Shown: positions 36,238-45,974 of the stretch, piece after piece
How the letters are laid out: the number at the start of each line of letters is the position of its first letter
Numbering within the stretch: the stretch's first letter is position 1
Assembly: GCA_029550965.1 (NCBI GenBank)
Contig: JAKPGJ010000032.1
Coordinates: 1,864-65,863, forward strand
Reading direction: 5' to 3'
Length of the DNA: 64,000 nt
DNA from: Bacillota bacterium
Lineage (GTDB): Bacteria; Bacillota; Clostridia; Oscillospirales; CAG-382
Notes under the pieces: generated by a model
Seen by the model: only the letters and a program-made list of their open reading frames with translations
The model's database searches: none
What the model was told of the DNA's origin: nothing
Made by a program: the position numbers and the translations under genes

Positions 36238-36916
36238 TTTTTCTGCCTCCTTCGTTCGACACTGTGCGCTTTACTTCAGGAAGAACTTCTCCCTTATAAA
36301 TCCAGACTTTTACGCCGATTTTGCCGTAAGTGGTGTTCGCCTCGTAAAATCCGTAGTCAATATCCGCTCTCAGTGTCTGAAGCGGAATGGTACCCTCGTG
36401 GTAATGCTCGGTTCTCGCAATTTCTGCGCCGCCAAGACGGCCGGAAACCGCGATCTTGATACCTTTTGCGTTCAGCTTCATGGCTCTGCCGATCGCCTGC
36501 TTCATGGCGCGGCGGAACGAAATTCTCTTCTCAAGCTGCGCCGCGATATTCTCCGCAACGAGCTGCGCGTTGAGGTCAGGCTGCTTTACTTCGATAACCT
36601 TGACGTCAACCTGAACGTTTGCGGGTACCTTCAGGAAGTTGATGATATCCTTCTTCAGTTTATCAATTTCAGCTCCGCCCTTGCCGATGATAATGCCCGG
36701 CTTTGCGCAGTGAATGATAACTCTAACGCGGGAGTTGTCTCTTTCAATCTCAATTCTGGGAACGCCTGCCTGATGCAGCTTTTCCTTGAGATATTTTCTG
36801 AGTTTATAGTCGGAAACCAATGTTTCGCCAAAGACCTCGTCCTTAACGAACCAACGGGAATCCCAGTCCTTAATAATGCCTACACGCAGTCCGTGCGGAT
36901 TAACCTTTTGTCCCAT
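36224..36916 (-). CDS. rpsC: 30S ribosomal protein S3
   Basis: 230 aa. Starts [23 protein letters not shown]. Confidence 0.98.
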   Translation of the reverse strand: MGQKVNPHGLRVGIIKDWDSRWFVKDEVFGETLVSDYKLRKYLKEKLHQAGVPRIEIERDNSRVRVIIHCAKPGIIIGKGGAEIDKLKKDIINFLKVPANVQVDVKVIEVKQPDLNAQLVAENIAAQLEKRISFRRAMKQAIGRAMKLNAKGIKIAVSGRLGGAEIARTEHYHEGTIPLQTLRADIDYGFYEANTTYGKIGVKVWIYKGEVLPEVKRTVSNEGGRKNVNA

Positions 36917-36928
36917 TTTTGTCTCCTC

Positions 36929-37279
36929 CTAAACTCTTTCCCTTAACTTAATAGTAACATGCGAAGTCCGCTTTAATATACGGAAAGCGCTACCTCTGGC
37001 TCTCGGCATAACCCTTTTCATATTCTTCATGATGCCGGGCGTTACATAGCACTCAGCGATATAAAGCTTATCCCTGTCCATCTCGTAGTTATGCTCTGCA
37101 TTTGCTACTGCCGATTTAAGGAGCTTTTCAATGCTTTCACATGCAATTTTGTTTGTATTCTTCAAGATAGCGGCTGCCTGGGCCACATCTTTATTTCTTA
37201 TCAGGTCAAGTACGATTTTTACCTTTCTGGGAGAAATCCGCAATTGCTTCAGACAAGCTTTTGCTTCTTTTATTTCCAC
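36929..37279 (-). CDS. rplV: 50S ribosomal protein L22
   Basis: 116 aa. Contains LRISPRKVKIVLDLIRNKDV. Confidence 0.97.
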   Translation of the reverse strand: MEIKEAKACLKQLRISPRKVKIVLDLIRNKDVAQAAAILKNTNKIACESIEKLLKSAVANAEHNYEMDRDKLYIAECYVTPGIMKNMKRVMPRARGSAFRILKRTSHVTIKLRERV

Positions 37280-37306
37280 AGTATTGTGCCTCCTTTCAAT
37301 CAGCCG

Positions 37307-37588
37307 TTATTTTCCTGTGTTCGAGGTCTTGGATCCCGAATGTCCTCTGAACGTTCTTGTCGGAGCGAACTCTCCGAGCTTATGACCGACCATATCCTCT
37401 ATGATATAAACAGGAACATGCTTCCTGCCGTCATGAACCGCAATTGTATGTCCGACAAATTCAGGGAATATTGTCGAAGCACGAGACCAGGTCTTAATCA
37501 CTCTTTTTTCGCCGTTCTTATTCATTTCCTGGATACGCTTCAGCAGTTTGGCGTCGACGTACGGTCCTTTTTTAACACTTCTGCTCAC
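37307..37588 (-). CDS. rpsS: 30S ribosomal protein S19
   Basis: 93 aa. Contains [12 protein letters not shown]...[18 protein letters not shown]. Confidence 0.98.
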   Translation of the reverse strand: MSRSVKKGPYVDAKLLKRIQEMNKNGEKRVIKTWSRASTIFPEFVGHTIAVHDGRKHVPVYIIEDMVGHKLGEFAPTRTFRGHSGSKTSNTGK

Positions 37589-37608
37589 AGTAGTAATCCT
37601 CCTTTACC

Positions 37609-38442
37609 CTATTTGTCGTTCTTGCGTTTGATAATAAACTTGTTCGAACGAGCCTTCTTGTTTCTTGTCTTGTAGCCAAGAGTAGGTTTGCCCCAAGGAG
37701 TAACCGGACCCGGTCTGCCGATCGGAGACTTACCTTCGCCACCGCCGTGCGGATGGTCAACCGGGTTCATAACGGAACCGCGGACGGTAGGTCTGATGCC
37801 GAGGTGTCTGGACTTACCGGCCTTGCCGAGCTTGATGTTCTCGTGATCAAGGTTGCCGACCTGTCCGATGGTTGCCGTACAGTCGAGCCGAACAAGTCTT
37901 ACTTCGCCGGAGGGAAGTCTGATCTGAGCCATGCCGTTCTCTTTTGCCATCAGCTGCGCGGCGGCGCCGGCAGCGCGAACCAGCTGAGCGCCTTTTCCGG
38001 GATAAAGCTCAATCGCATGTATAAAAGTACCGACTGGAATCTGCGCGATCGGCAGCACGTTTCCGGGCTTAATGTCCGCATGCGGGCCAGAATAAAGAAC
38101 GTCGCCGACCTTTAATCCGTGCGGAGCGATGATATAGCTCTTTTTGCCGTTCTCATCGGCAAGAAGCGCGATGTAAGCGGTTCTGTTCGGATCATACTCA
38201 ATGCTTAATACCGTCGAGCCGGCTTCTTTCTGAGCGCGCTTGAAGTCGATAATTCTGTATTTTCTCTTGTTTCCGCCGCCTTTATGGCGAACAGTGATTC
38301 TACCGGTGTTGTTACGGCCTGCTTTTTTCTTGAGTATTGTTACAAGACTTTTCTCAGGAGTTGTCTTGGTAATCTCCTCAAAAGAAGGAGTAGCCATGTT
38401 TCTTCTTGAGGGAGTTGTCGGTTTATAAGTTTTCGTCGCCAT
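37609..38442 (-). CDS. rplB: 50S ribosomal protein L2
   Basis: 277 aa. Contains [22 protein letters not shown]. Confidence 0.98.
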   Translation of the reverse strand: MATKTYKPTTPSRRNMATPSFEEITKTTPEKSLVTILKKKAGRNNTGRITVRHKGGGNKRKYRIIDFKRAQKEAGSTVLSIEYDPNRTAYIALLADENGKKSYIIAPHGLKVGDVLYSGPHADIKPGNVLPIAQIPVGTFIHAIELYPGKGAQLVRAAGAAAQLMAKENGMAQIRLPSGEVRLVRLDCTATIGQVGNLDHENIKLGKAGKSRHLGIRPTVRGSVMNPVDHPHGGGEGKSPIGRPGPVTPWGKPTLGYKTRNKKARSNKFIIKRKNDK

Positions 38443-38459
38443 TATTAAACTCCTTTCGC

Positions 38460-38753
38460 TTACATCAGGCTGTCGAAGAACTCGATGGTCTTTGAATCGG
38501 GCGTAAGCTTAACGATCGCTTTCTTCCACTCGCTCGTCGTGCCTACATGATAGCCCAGTCTCTTGGGCTTCCGCTTCATGTTAATGGTGGTAACCTTCTC
38601 AACCTGAACCTTGAATATCTCCTCGACCGCTTTTTTAATCTCTGTTTTGTTCGCGTCTTTCGCAACTTTGAAGGTATACTTCTTGTCGCGGATATTCTCG
38701 ATAGAAGCTTCTGTGATGACGGGTTTTAAGATTATGTCGTATGCAGTTCTCAT
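38460..38753 (-). CDS. rplW: 50S ribosomal protein L23
   Basis: 97 aa. Contains [29 protein letters not shown]. Confidence 0.97.
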   Translation of the reverse strand: MRTAYDIILKPVITEASIENIRDKKYTFKVAKDANKTEIKKAVEEIFKVQVEKVTTINMKRKPKRLGYHVGTTSEWKKAIVKLTPDSKTIEFFDSLM

Positions 38754-39379
38754 TACGCATATACCTCCTCAATCTTAGCAACCGCGTCCTTCGCAATAAT
38801 AAACTTGTCGTATTTCAAGATGTCATATACGTTCAACGCATTGACAGGAGCGGTAATTACGCCCGGAATATTCGCAGCGGATTTGATAACCTTCTCGTCC
38901 GCGTTTTCGGGCAACACGATCATTGCCTTTTTATCGGCGCCGACTGCTGACAGGAACGCCACCATCTTCTTGGTCTTGTACTCGTCAAGTGCGATATTGT
39001 CAACGACAATCAGTTCACCTGCTTCGACCTTGGAAGAAAGCGCGGAAATCATAGCCAGCCTTTTTACTTTCTTGTTTATGGTTACGCGATAGCTTCTCGG
39101 CTTCGGTCCAAGAGCAACACCGCCATGTGTCCACTGGGGAGCACGGATAGAACCCTGTCTTGCTCTGCCGGTACCTTTCTGTCTCCACGGTTTTCTTCCG
39201 CCGCCGGAAACCTCGCTTCTTGTCAGCGTAGATTGCGTACCTTGTCTCTGGTTAAGCAGATATGCTCTGACATAAGTATGCAGCACGGTTTTGTTGACTT
39301 CCGCCCCGAAAATCTCGTCGGAAAGCGTGATTTCGCCGCACACTTTGCCTTCCATATTGTATACATTCAACTTCGGCAT
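38753..39379 (-). CDS. rplD: 50S ribosomal protein L4
   Basis: 208 aa. Contains SEVSGGGRKPWRQKGTGRARQGSIRAPQW. Confidence 0.98.
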   Translation of the reverse strand: MPKLNVYNMEGKVCGEITLSDEIFGAEVNKTVLHTYVRAYLLNQRQGTQSTLTRSEVSGGGRKPWRQKGTGRARQGSIRAPQWTHGGVALGPKPRSYRVTINKKVKRLAMISALSSKVEAGELIVVDNIALDEYKTKKMVAFLSAVGADKKAMIVLPENADEKVIKSAANIPGVITAPVNALNVYDILKYDKFIIAKDAVAKIEEVYA

Positions 39380-39398
39380 CGTTTATTCCTCCCTTTCC

Positions 39399-40028
39399 TT
39401 ATTTCACGGTGTCGCGGATATAGACGATTCCGCCGCGTGAACCGGGAACTGCGCCCTTTACGGCAATGAGGTTTTTGTCGGCGTCGATTTTCACAATCTC
39501 AAGATTGAGAATCGTTACGCGTTCATTACCGTATTGGCCTGCCATTTTCTTATTCTTAAAAACTCTTGAAGGATCGCTGTTCGCGCCCATCGAACCAACT
39601 TCGCGGTGCACAGGGCCCGTACCGTGCGTCATTCTCAGACGATGCTGATTCCATCTCTTGATAACGCCGGTGAATCCGTGACCCTTGGTGATACCGGTAA
39701 TATCCACTCTTTCGCCTGCCGAAAATACGTCAGCCGTGATTACGTCGCCGACGTTCATGGATGCGGCGTCCTCGAGTCTGAATTCCTTGAGGTATTTCTT
39801 GAAGGAAACGTTCGCTTTCAGGAAATGTCCTTTCCGCGGCTTGTTCAGCTTTCTCTCTTCAACGTCGGAAAATCCGAGCTGTACCGCGTCGTATCCGTCC
39901 TTTTCCTTCGTTTTCTTTTGTACGACTACGCAGGGGCCTGCGTTTATGACAGTAACAGGTACAACGTTGCCCTTTTCATCAAAAATCTGAGTCATACCAA
40001 GTTTTCTGCCGATGATACCTTTTTTCAT
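39399..40028 (-). CDS. rplC: 50S ribosomal protein L3
   Basis: 209 aa. Starts [20 protein letters not shown]. Confidence 0.98.
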   Translation of the reverse strand: MKKGIIGRKLGMTQIFDEKGNVVPVTVINAGPCVVVQKKTKEKDGYDAVQLGFSDVEERKLNKPRKGHFLKANVSFKKYLKEFRLEDAASMNVGDVITADVFSAGERVDITGITKGHGFTGVIKRWNQHRLRMTHGTGPVHREVGSMGANSDPSRVFKNKKMAGQYGNERVTILNLEIVKIDADKNLIAVKGAVPGSRGGIVYIRDTVK

Positions 40029-40120
40029 TTTTCTATTCCTCCTTGGTTATTGGTTAATCGCGGTGTGCGCAATTAACGTGACCATTATTTAAAAGCACTG
40101 TTAAACCTAAAAAAGCAATC

Positions 40121-40435
40121 TTACAGTTCGACTTTGAAATCTACGCCGGCAGGAAGATCAATGCTCATCAAAGCATCCACCGCAGCCTTCGACGGCTTAA
40201 TGATATCGATAAGACGTTTGTGCGTTCTGTACTCGAACTGCTCTCTCGAGTCCTTGTATTTATGAACCGCACGCAGAATGGTGACAATCTCTTTGTCGGT
40301 CGGAAGCGGTATCGGACCCGATACGGTAGCGCCGTTGCGCTTTGCTGTTTCTACGATTTTTTCAGCCGCTTGATCGATGAGCGTGTGGTCATAAGACTTC
40401 AGTCTTATCCTGATTCTCTCTTTTCTTTTTGCCAT
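40121..40435 (-). CDS. rpsJ: 30S ribosomal protein S10
   Basis: 104 aa. Contains [26 protein letters not shown]...GPIPLPT. Confidence 0.98.
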   Translation of the reverse strand: MAKRKERIRIRLKSYDHTLIDQAAEKIVETAKRNGATVSGPIPLPTDKEIVTILRAVHKYKDSREQFEYRTHKRLIDIIKPSKAAVDALMSIDLPAGVDFKVEL

Positions 40436-40622
40436 GTGTTTTTTGCCTCCTTAAAACATGAATTTGTTAATGGCGGCAAAGTATTGAACACTGTTCCGGG
40501 CGTTTCATTTTCGCCCCTTAAAAAATGCTCATACCTTCGCCCGATTGTCGGACATACTCCACGGAAGTTACCTGCTTATTGTAGCAGCAATCTCCCGCTT
40601 CAACGCACACCAAGCAGACGTC

Positions 40623-40651
40623 ATTCTACCACAAATATTTCGCATATGCAA
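40623..40651 (-). promoter_or_regulatory. Candidate sigma-A promoter of the S10-spc-alpha cluster (TTGCAT-17 nt-TAGAAT)
   Basis: Read on the minus strand: the -35 box is at 40651-40646, followed by the 17-nt spacer ATGCGAAATATTTGTGG, then the -10 box at 40628-40623. It predicts a ~180-nt leader before rpsJ. Confidence 0.55.
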
Positions 40652-40816
40652 TAGGTCCGGAAAAATCCAAATGTAAACATTTCGTGAACAAAGGCCTTTT
40701 TTAACGACGTTTTGTAATTTCATCTGGCATTTTTGGGATATGTTTGGTATAATATACCCGCATTTTGAAGAATTTATCACTATAGAAGCAAAAAACATAA
40801 AAAGAAGTGAGCCTTT

Positions 40817-41083
40817 ATGAGAAAGACATACAAACTATCCGGCGTTTGCGCCTATTCCGTCAGCTTTGACATAGACGATAACGGAATTATCTCCGGCGTT
40901 TCCTTCTCGGGCGGCTGCAACGGAAACCTGAAGGGCATCGCGGCGCTGTGCGAAGGCATGAGCGCAAAAGAAATCATTAAAAGACTTGATGGCATCTGCT
41001 GCGGCTTAAAACGCACATCCTGCCCCGACCAGTTCTCAAAGGCGCTGATGGAAGAGCTGAAGCTGCAGGAAGTAAACGTATGA
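40817..41083 (+). CDS. TSCPD-domain small protein (TIGR03905-like, 4-Cys)
   Basis: 88 aa. Contains SGVCAYSVSFDIDDNGIISGVSFSGGCNGNLKGIAALCEGM...TSCPDQFSKAL. Confidence 0.8.
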   Translation: MRKTYKLSGVCAYSVSFDIDDNGIISGVSFSGGCNGNLKGIAALCEGMSAKEIIKRLDGICCGLKRTSCPDQFSKALMEELKLQEVNV

Positions 41084-42072
41084 GTTTAAGGGACGAATTC
41101 AGAAAGTCGGTTGACCGGCTATACGAATTCTGTGAATACCCCGCCGTTCGGTACAAAATCCTTTTTCATCTGCTGGACACGCCTTACGACGACCCTTCTT
41201 TAACCGAATTGCGGGAAGCGTTTTTAAAAAGCGATATTGTCGAGGAGCTGTACAGAGAACAGGACTATTCGGGCGGCTGGGGACGGCTCTATTCTAAGGA
41301 TTATTCGGTAAAAGCGAAATTTCCGACCTCCATGACAGCCATTAACCGATGCCTGTATATCGGGCTGACGATTGAGGATCGGGATATCCTGCTTCGCGCC
41401 TATGAATATCTTGAGGACTTTTTAACCGGAAAAAGCCGGGAAAAGATTCGTCCTACAAACGAAAGAGAGATTCCGTGGCGAACAGCAAGCATTTGCGAAA
41501 TGATCGAAGCGATAAAACCGTACAACGAGCTCTGCGACAAAACGTATGATGCGTGGATGTACATTGTAACGCGCGCATATGAAAGCGGAGAATACTCGTA
41601 CGAGCGCGAGCGCGCCGCGCAGCACGAGGTCTTTTGGACCAAAGAAAAAAGGCTTGTGCCGATGCAGTTCGGACTGCTTTTAAAAAGGCGGGAGAGAGTA
41701 TCTTTAGAACTTGAGAAGTGTCTGCTCCATCATCACGGCGAGCGCGCCTTTTATCACGGTTACTTTTGGGAGAACTGCCCGGCCAAGCTGCCCGTTCACT
41801 TCCGATACGAAAAGACGCGCAGATGGTTTTATTCATTTCATTATATAAACCAGTTCAGAGGGTCGGCCGTATATCTTGCCGATACTGTTAACTGGCTTAT
41901 GGAAAACAGAAACGCCGACGGACTGTGGGACTGGGGACCGCAGATAAAAGACCCGTGGGGATACTTCGGCTATTTTTCGACCAACCGACATTACGCACAC
42001 AACCGAATCGTGGATTGTTCAATGGAAGTGCTCAACTTTCTAAAGAAATACATAGACAATAACGAAGTCTGA
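41080..42072 (+). CDS. Hypothetical protein with prenyltransferase/terpene-cyclase-like (alpha/alpha toroid) repeat motifs
   Basis: 330 aa, with an ATGA overlap with the TSCPD gene. EQDYSGGWG and NADGLWDWG resemble QxxDGGWG-type toroid repeats. The fold assignment rests on motifs only. Confidence 0.6.
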   Translation: MSLRDEFRKSVDRLYEFCEYPAVRYKILFHLLDTPYDDPSLTELREAFLKSDIVEELYREQDYSGGWGRLYSKDYSVKAKFPTSMTAINRCLYIGLTIEDRDILLRAYEYLEDFLTGKSREKIRPTNEREIPWRTASICEMIEAIKPYNELCDKTYDAWMYIVTRAYESGEYSYERERAAQHEVFWTKEKRLVPMQFGLLLKRRERVSLELEKCLLHHHGERAFYHGYFWENCPAKLPVHFRYEKTRRWFYSFHYINQFRGSAVYLADTVNWLMENRNADGLWDWGPQIKDPWGYFGYFSTNRHYAHNRIVDCSMEVLNFLKKYIDNNEV

Positions 42073-42114
42073 GCATTGAGAAAATCAAATTATAAAAACA
42101 GAGGTTCGTATTAT

Positions 42115-43854
42115 ATGCTTAACGAGAAAGTTCGTTCCGAATACGCGCGCTGGCTGAACAGCGGCAAGGTGGACGCGGACACCAAAAAAGAGCTTCTTTC
42201 GATTCAGGATAACGAACAGGCTATTGCGGAAAGGTTCTCCTTCCCCATGCAGTTCGGAACCGCAGGCCTGCGCAGCACGATGGCGGCCGGCATCTCCAAA
42301 ATGAACGTCTATACGGTCGCCCACACGACAAGGGGGCTTGCCGACCTGATTCTGCAAACCAACGCGCAGGACAGAGGCGTCGCTGTCGCGTACGACAGCA
42401 GAAACAACTCGCAATTGTTCGCCAAGACCGCCGCCAGGGTGCTCGCCGCGTACGGCATAAAGGTTTATTTTTTTGAGTCCATCCGCCCCACGCCCGAGCT
42501 TTCCTTTGCGGTGCGGCATTACGGCTGCATCGCGGGCATCAACATCACCGCGTCCCACAACCCCAAGGAGTACAGCGGCTACAAAGTCTATTGGGAGGAC
42601 GGCGCGCAGCTGCCGCCCGAGCACGCGAAAACCGTTTCCGACGCGGTCGCGAAAGCCGATATTTTCGACGACGTCGAATTCGCCGATTTCGACCAAGCGG
42701 TCGCGGACGGTATAATAAATATAATAGGTAAGGAAACCGACGAAGCCTATATTCGGGCGGTGCTGGACTGCCGCATCTGCCCGGAGGTTACGGCGCAGTA
42801 CGGCAACAGCCTGAACATCGTTTATACCGCCCTGCACGGAACCGGTTACCGATTAGTGCCGGAGGTGTTAAGGCGCGCCGGCATTACCAATCTGCGCACA
42901 GTAGAGCGCCAGATGATTCCCGACGGCAATTTCCCCACCGTTCAATCGCCCAACCCCGAAAACCGGGAATGTTTTGATTTGGCGGTCGAGATGATCCGGC
43001 GCGAGAACGTCGACTGCGAGCTGATTATCGGAACCGACCCGGACGGCGATCGGATCGGCGTGGTTGCAAAGGATAAAAACGGCGATTACTTCGCGCTCAA
43101 CGGCAACCAGATCGGCGCGATTCTGATCGATTATATTATTAAAGGAAGAAAACAGCAGAACCGGCTTCCCGCGGACGCCTGCGCGATCAAGAGCATTGTC
43201 TCGGGCAACCTCTTCGACGCGATCTGCGACAAGGCGGGCGTACAGCATATCAACGTGCTGACCGGCTTTAAGTATATCGGCGAGAAAATCAAGGAGTTCG
43301 AAGAGACCCGTTCCGCCACCTTTATTTTCGGCTACGAGGAAAGTCACAGCTACCTCTCGGGCGGCTATGTGCGCGACAAGGACGGCGTCGCCGCGTCGCT
43401 GCTGGTCGCCGAAGCGGCATCTTTCTACAAAAAACAGGGAAAAACGCTGGGCCAGGTTTTAGACGAGCTTTACGGCGAGTACGGCTACTATAAAGAGGCG
43501 GTGCTCAATACGGTTATTCGCGGCATCGACCCGATGGCGGTAATGGCGGAAAAAATGCGTTCGCTGCGCACCGAAGGGCTGACCGAAATCGCCGGCACCG
43601 AAGTGGTCGCGGTCCGGGATTTCCTGAGCGGCGTAAGAAAAGACTTGAAAACCGGACAGACCGAGCCGACCGGACTGCCCGAAAGCGATATGCTCTATTA
43701 CGAGCTGGCCGACCGCGCCGCCGTAATCGTCCGTCCTTCCGGCACCGAGCCGAAAATCAAGGTGTATATCCTCACGACGGCGGACAGCGAAGCCGAGTGC
43801 GACAACCGGTTAAACAAGTATAAAACGGCGATGAAAACCATGATCAACGAATAG
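42115..43854 (+). CDS. Phosphoglucomutase / phospho-sugar mutase (alpha-D-phosphohexomutase family)
   Basis: I place the start at ATG 42115 (MLNEKVRSEYARWL); the track ORF starts at 42076. The active-site Ser is in ITASHNPKEYSGYKVY. The metal loop is GTDPDGDR and the sugar loop is GYEESHS. Confidence 0.92.
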   Translation: MLNEKVRSEYARWLNSGKVDADTKKELLSIQDNEQAIAERFSFPMQFGTAGLRSTMAAGISKMNVYTVAHTTRGLADLILQTNAQDRGVAVAYDSRNNSQLFAKTAARVLAAYGIKVYFFESIRPTPELSFAVRHYGCIAGINITASHNPKEYSGYKVYWEDGAQLPPEHAKTVSDAVAKADIFDDVEFADFDQAVADGIINIIGKETDEAYIRAVLDCRICPEVTAQYGNSLNIVYTALHGTGYRLVPEVLRRAGITNLRTVERQMIPDGNFPTVQSPNPENRECFDLAVEMIRRENVDCELIIGTDPDGDRIGVVAKDKNGDYFALNGNQIGAILIDYIIKGRKQQNRLPADACAIKSIVSGNLFDAICDKAGVQHINVLTGFKYIGEKIKEFEETRSATFIFGYEESHSYLSGGYVRDKDGVAASLLVAEAASFYKKQGKTLGQVLDELYGEYGYYKEAVLNTVIRGIDPMAVMAEKMRSLRTEGLTEIAGTEVVAVRDFLSGVRKDLKTGQTEPTGLPESDMLYYELADRAAVIVRPSGTEPKIKVYILTTADSEAECDNRLNKYKTAMKTMINE

Positions 43855-43888
43855 CGAGCCTGAATTGCTTACCGCTTTTTGTATAAAC

Positions 43889-43923
43889 AAACTCCCGCGC
43901 CTTATGCGCGGGAGTCTCTTTTT
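43889..43923. terminator. Terminator shared by convergent genes
   Basis: CTCCCGCGC-CTTAT-GCGCGGGAG followed by TCTCTTTTT, with an A-rich stretch upstream. Confidence 0.8.
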
Positions 43924-44935
43924 AAAACTTATTTAATAAAAGTCCAAGAATAAACCAGAGCAGGAAAGCAAAGAAGAAATATAAAAGCAGCCTCGGCAAG
44001 ATCTGCGCTTTGAGCTGTTCCCGTCTGCGCTCTCTTTCGGCGACGCGCTTCATCGCCAGCTCGTAGGCTTCCTTTTTGCGCTTGATTTCGACTTCGTTCT
44101 GCAGGTATTTGTCCTGCCTGTAACTGTTTTTTAAAGGCTTGAAAAACTGTTTTTCTTCTTCGGCGATCTTTCGCGCCGTTTCGTCCAGCTTTTCTTCCGC
44201 GAGCGTGTTGAGTACCCAGTCCTGCTCGCGCTGGCAGATTTCGCACAACGCGGCGCTCTTGGGATTCTTGTGGCCGCAGCAGCACAGCCACGCCATCTCG
44301 CCTGCCTGCGGCACGACCTTGATGGGGAAAACCTCTTCGTTGGCGGTATAGATGTTGACCTTATTATACGCCAGCCGTTTGTCGGCGTCCAGCTCGTTGA
44401 ACTTCTTGATGCTCCTGCCGGCGATTAGATTCAGTTCCTCGCGGCTGCCGTCGGCGTAAGTGACGCCGGTGAGAATCACCTGCAGACGCTTAAAATAGCT
44501 CTCCGGTATCGGAATATAGACCGTTTCGCCGAAAGTTTCGGTCGCGTCTATCACCGGCTTTTGCTCCGCGATTTTCTTTTTGATCGCTTTGCCGTTTATT
44601 CTCCGGGTGCCGAGCGTATAGCTCTCGAGCGAATAGGTAAAAGGAATTTTTAAGTACGGAATGTTCTGATGCTGATAGCACAAAAGCAGAATGTCCAAAG
44701 ACAAAATGCCTTTGTCCGACACATTTCTGAACACAAACGAAGCGAAAATCTCGTAATTTTCGACGTCGCTGATGACGTAACCGTCGATAATCTCGACCGG
44801 CGAACGTTCAAACACCGCGCTGTAATCAAGATACTCAAGCACGCGGAAAATACGCTGCCTGTCGCGCTTCTGCTGTTTTTTCAGCTTTTTTAAGTACGCT
44901 TCTTTGTCGATAACGGTATGGGTATATACGCTCAT
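43922..44935 (-). CDS. Hypothetical tail-anchored membrane protein with a zinc-ribbon motif and coiled coil
   Basis: I place the start at ATG 44935 (MSVYTHTV, AAAGGG SD). It contains WLCCCGHKNPKSAALCEICQ, a charged coiled-coil segment and a C-terminal TM helix LLLYFFFAFLLWFILGLLL. Confidence 0.6.
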   Translation of the reverse strand: MSVYTHTVIDKEAYLKKLKKQQKRDRQRIFRVLEYLDYSAVFERSPVEIIDGYVISDVENYEIFASFVFRNVSDKGILSLDILLLCYQHQNIPYLKIPFTYSLESYTLGTRRINGKAIKKKIAEQKPVIDATETFGETVYIPIPESYFKRLQVILTGVTYADGSREELNLIAGRSIKKFNELDADKRLAYNKVNIYTANEEVFPIKVVPQAGEMAWLCCCGHKNPKSAALCEICQREQDWVLNTLAEEKLDETARKIAEEEKQFFKPLKNSYRQDKYLQNEVEIKRKKEAYELAMKRVAERERRREQLKAQILPRLLLYFFFAFLLWFILGLLLNKF

Positions 44936-45012
44936 TCCGGTCACCCTTTATATGATTGCTGCAGCCGCCGTATTTCCGCGGCTGCACAGGTTTATCGCGT
45001 TACGGCAATTTT

Positions 45013-45816
45013 TTAAAACTCAAATATAACCTCGGGAGATTGGAGAACTCCTCTTCGCGTGTAAGCGTCAACCCGTTCGAACAACTGGTTGTTGATGTCT
45101 CTGTATGCGCAGCTCTGTGCATATTCTATGCGCTTAAAGCGCACTTCGTACTCAAACGGTTCCGGAATCACATAAGGCGGTATGTTCTCCGCGATTTCCG
45201 CGGCTTTCTTTACGCCTTCGTATATCTCCTCGCAGCACTGGAGCGGGTGCTTGCTGACGCAGCAGTTCCACGCGAGCGCTTTTTTCGTCTCGACCGTGAC
45301 GATTCCCGGAAAACTCTCCTTTGCCTGCGCTACGCAGATATCGTCTCCGGCAGCGAAAATGGGCGGCACGCCGTACTTCCCCGCGATGGCGGCGTCTATC
45401 TGCATCTCGCCGACATCCTTGCCGTTGATTTTCTGGTACTGGAAAGTCGCGGAAGAATACACGTGCGCAAGCGTCGCGTCCGGCGTATCGTAAGCATGGT
45501 AGCCGATAAAGACAATGCCGGCGAAATCCCTGTCGATGCCGGGAAAACGCTTTCTTGCCCCGGCGCCCATCACGATTTTGCATCTTTTGTCCAGCTTGTC
45601 GTAGTCAAGATTGATGCCGGTGCAGTGGCAGTCCCAGACGTAAACCTCGTCCGCGCCGCTGTCAAAAAGCGCGGTCGCGGCGGCATTCGCTTCCCGGGTG
45701 CCCTGAATGCAGGCGAACGGGTAGTTCTGCGTCCCCGCCATAAGCCCCTGTCCGGAAGCGCCGACAACGCACGCAACGCCTTCCAAATCAACGGTGATAT
45801 AATATTTCTTTTTCAT
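45013..45816 (-). CDS. M55 family metallopeptidase (DppA-like D-aminopeptidase)
   Basis: I place the start at ATG 45816 (MKKKYYITVDLEGVACVVG), after an AGGTG SD. The track ORF is 32 codons longer. Confidence 0.7.
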   Translation of the reverse strand: MKKKYYITVDLEGVACVVGASGQGLMAGTQNYPFACIQGTREANAAATALFDSGADEVYVWDCHCTGINLDYDKLDKRCKIVMGAGARKRFPGIDRDFAGIVFIGYHAYDTPDATLAHVYSSATFQYQKINGKDVGEMQIDAAIAGKYGVPPIFAAGDDICVAQAKESFPGIVTVETKKALAWNCCVSKHPLQCCEEIYEGVKKAAEIAENIPPYVIPEPFEYEVRFKRIEYAQSCAYRDINNQLFERVDAYTRRGVLQSPEVIFEF

Positions 45817-45974
45817 ATGAACACCTGAATTGCATGATGTATTTGAGTTTATTTTACTATATTCAAAATAAAAATTCAACAGATATGCTTTCTTTTTTTG
45901 TTGCCAAATCACAATAATTGATATATAATATTGTCATTCTGTGTAAACAGCTGGAAATTGAAAGGGATTATTCG

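Noticed and set aside
40029-40120. Imperfect hairpin (TTAATCGCG-GTGT-GCGCAATTAA) between rpsJ and rplC as an attenuator
   Set aside because: It forms only 5+3 bp with a mismatch and has no U-run. It is probably just intercistronic structure.
40568-40798. 76-aa minus-strand ORF in the rpsJ upstream region
   Set aside because: It has no SD, a Cys/Ile-rich odd composition, and overlaps the predicted promoter and leader, so it is likely spurious.
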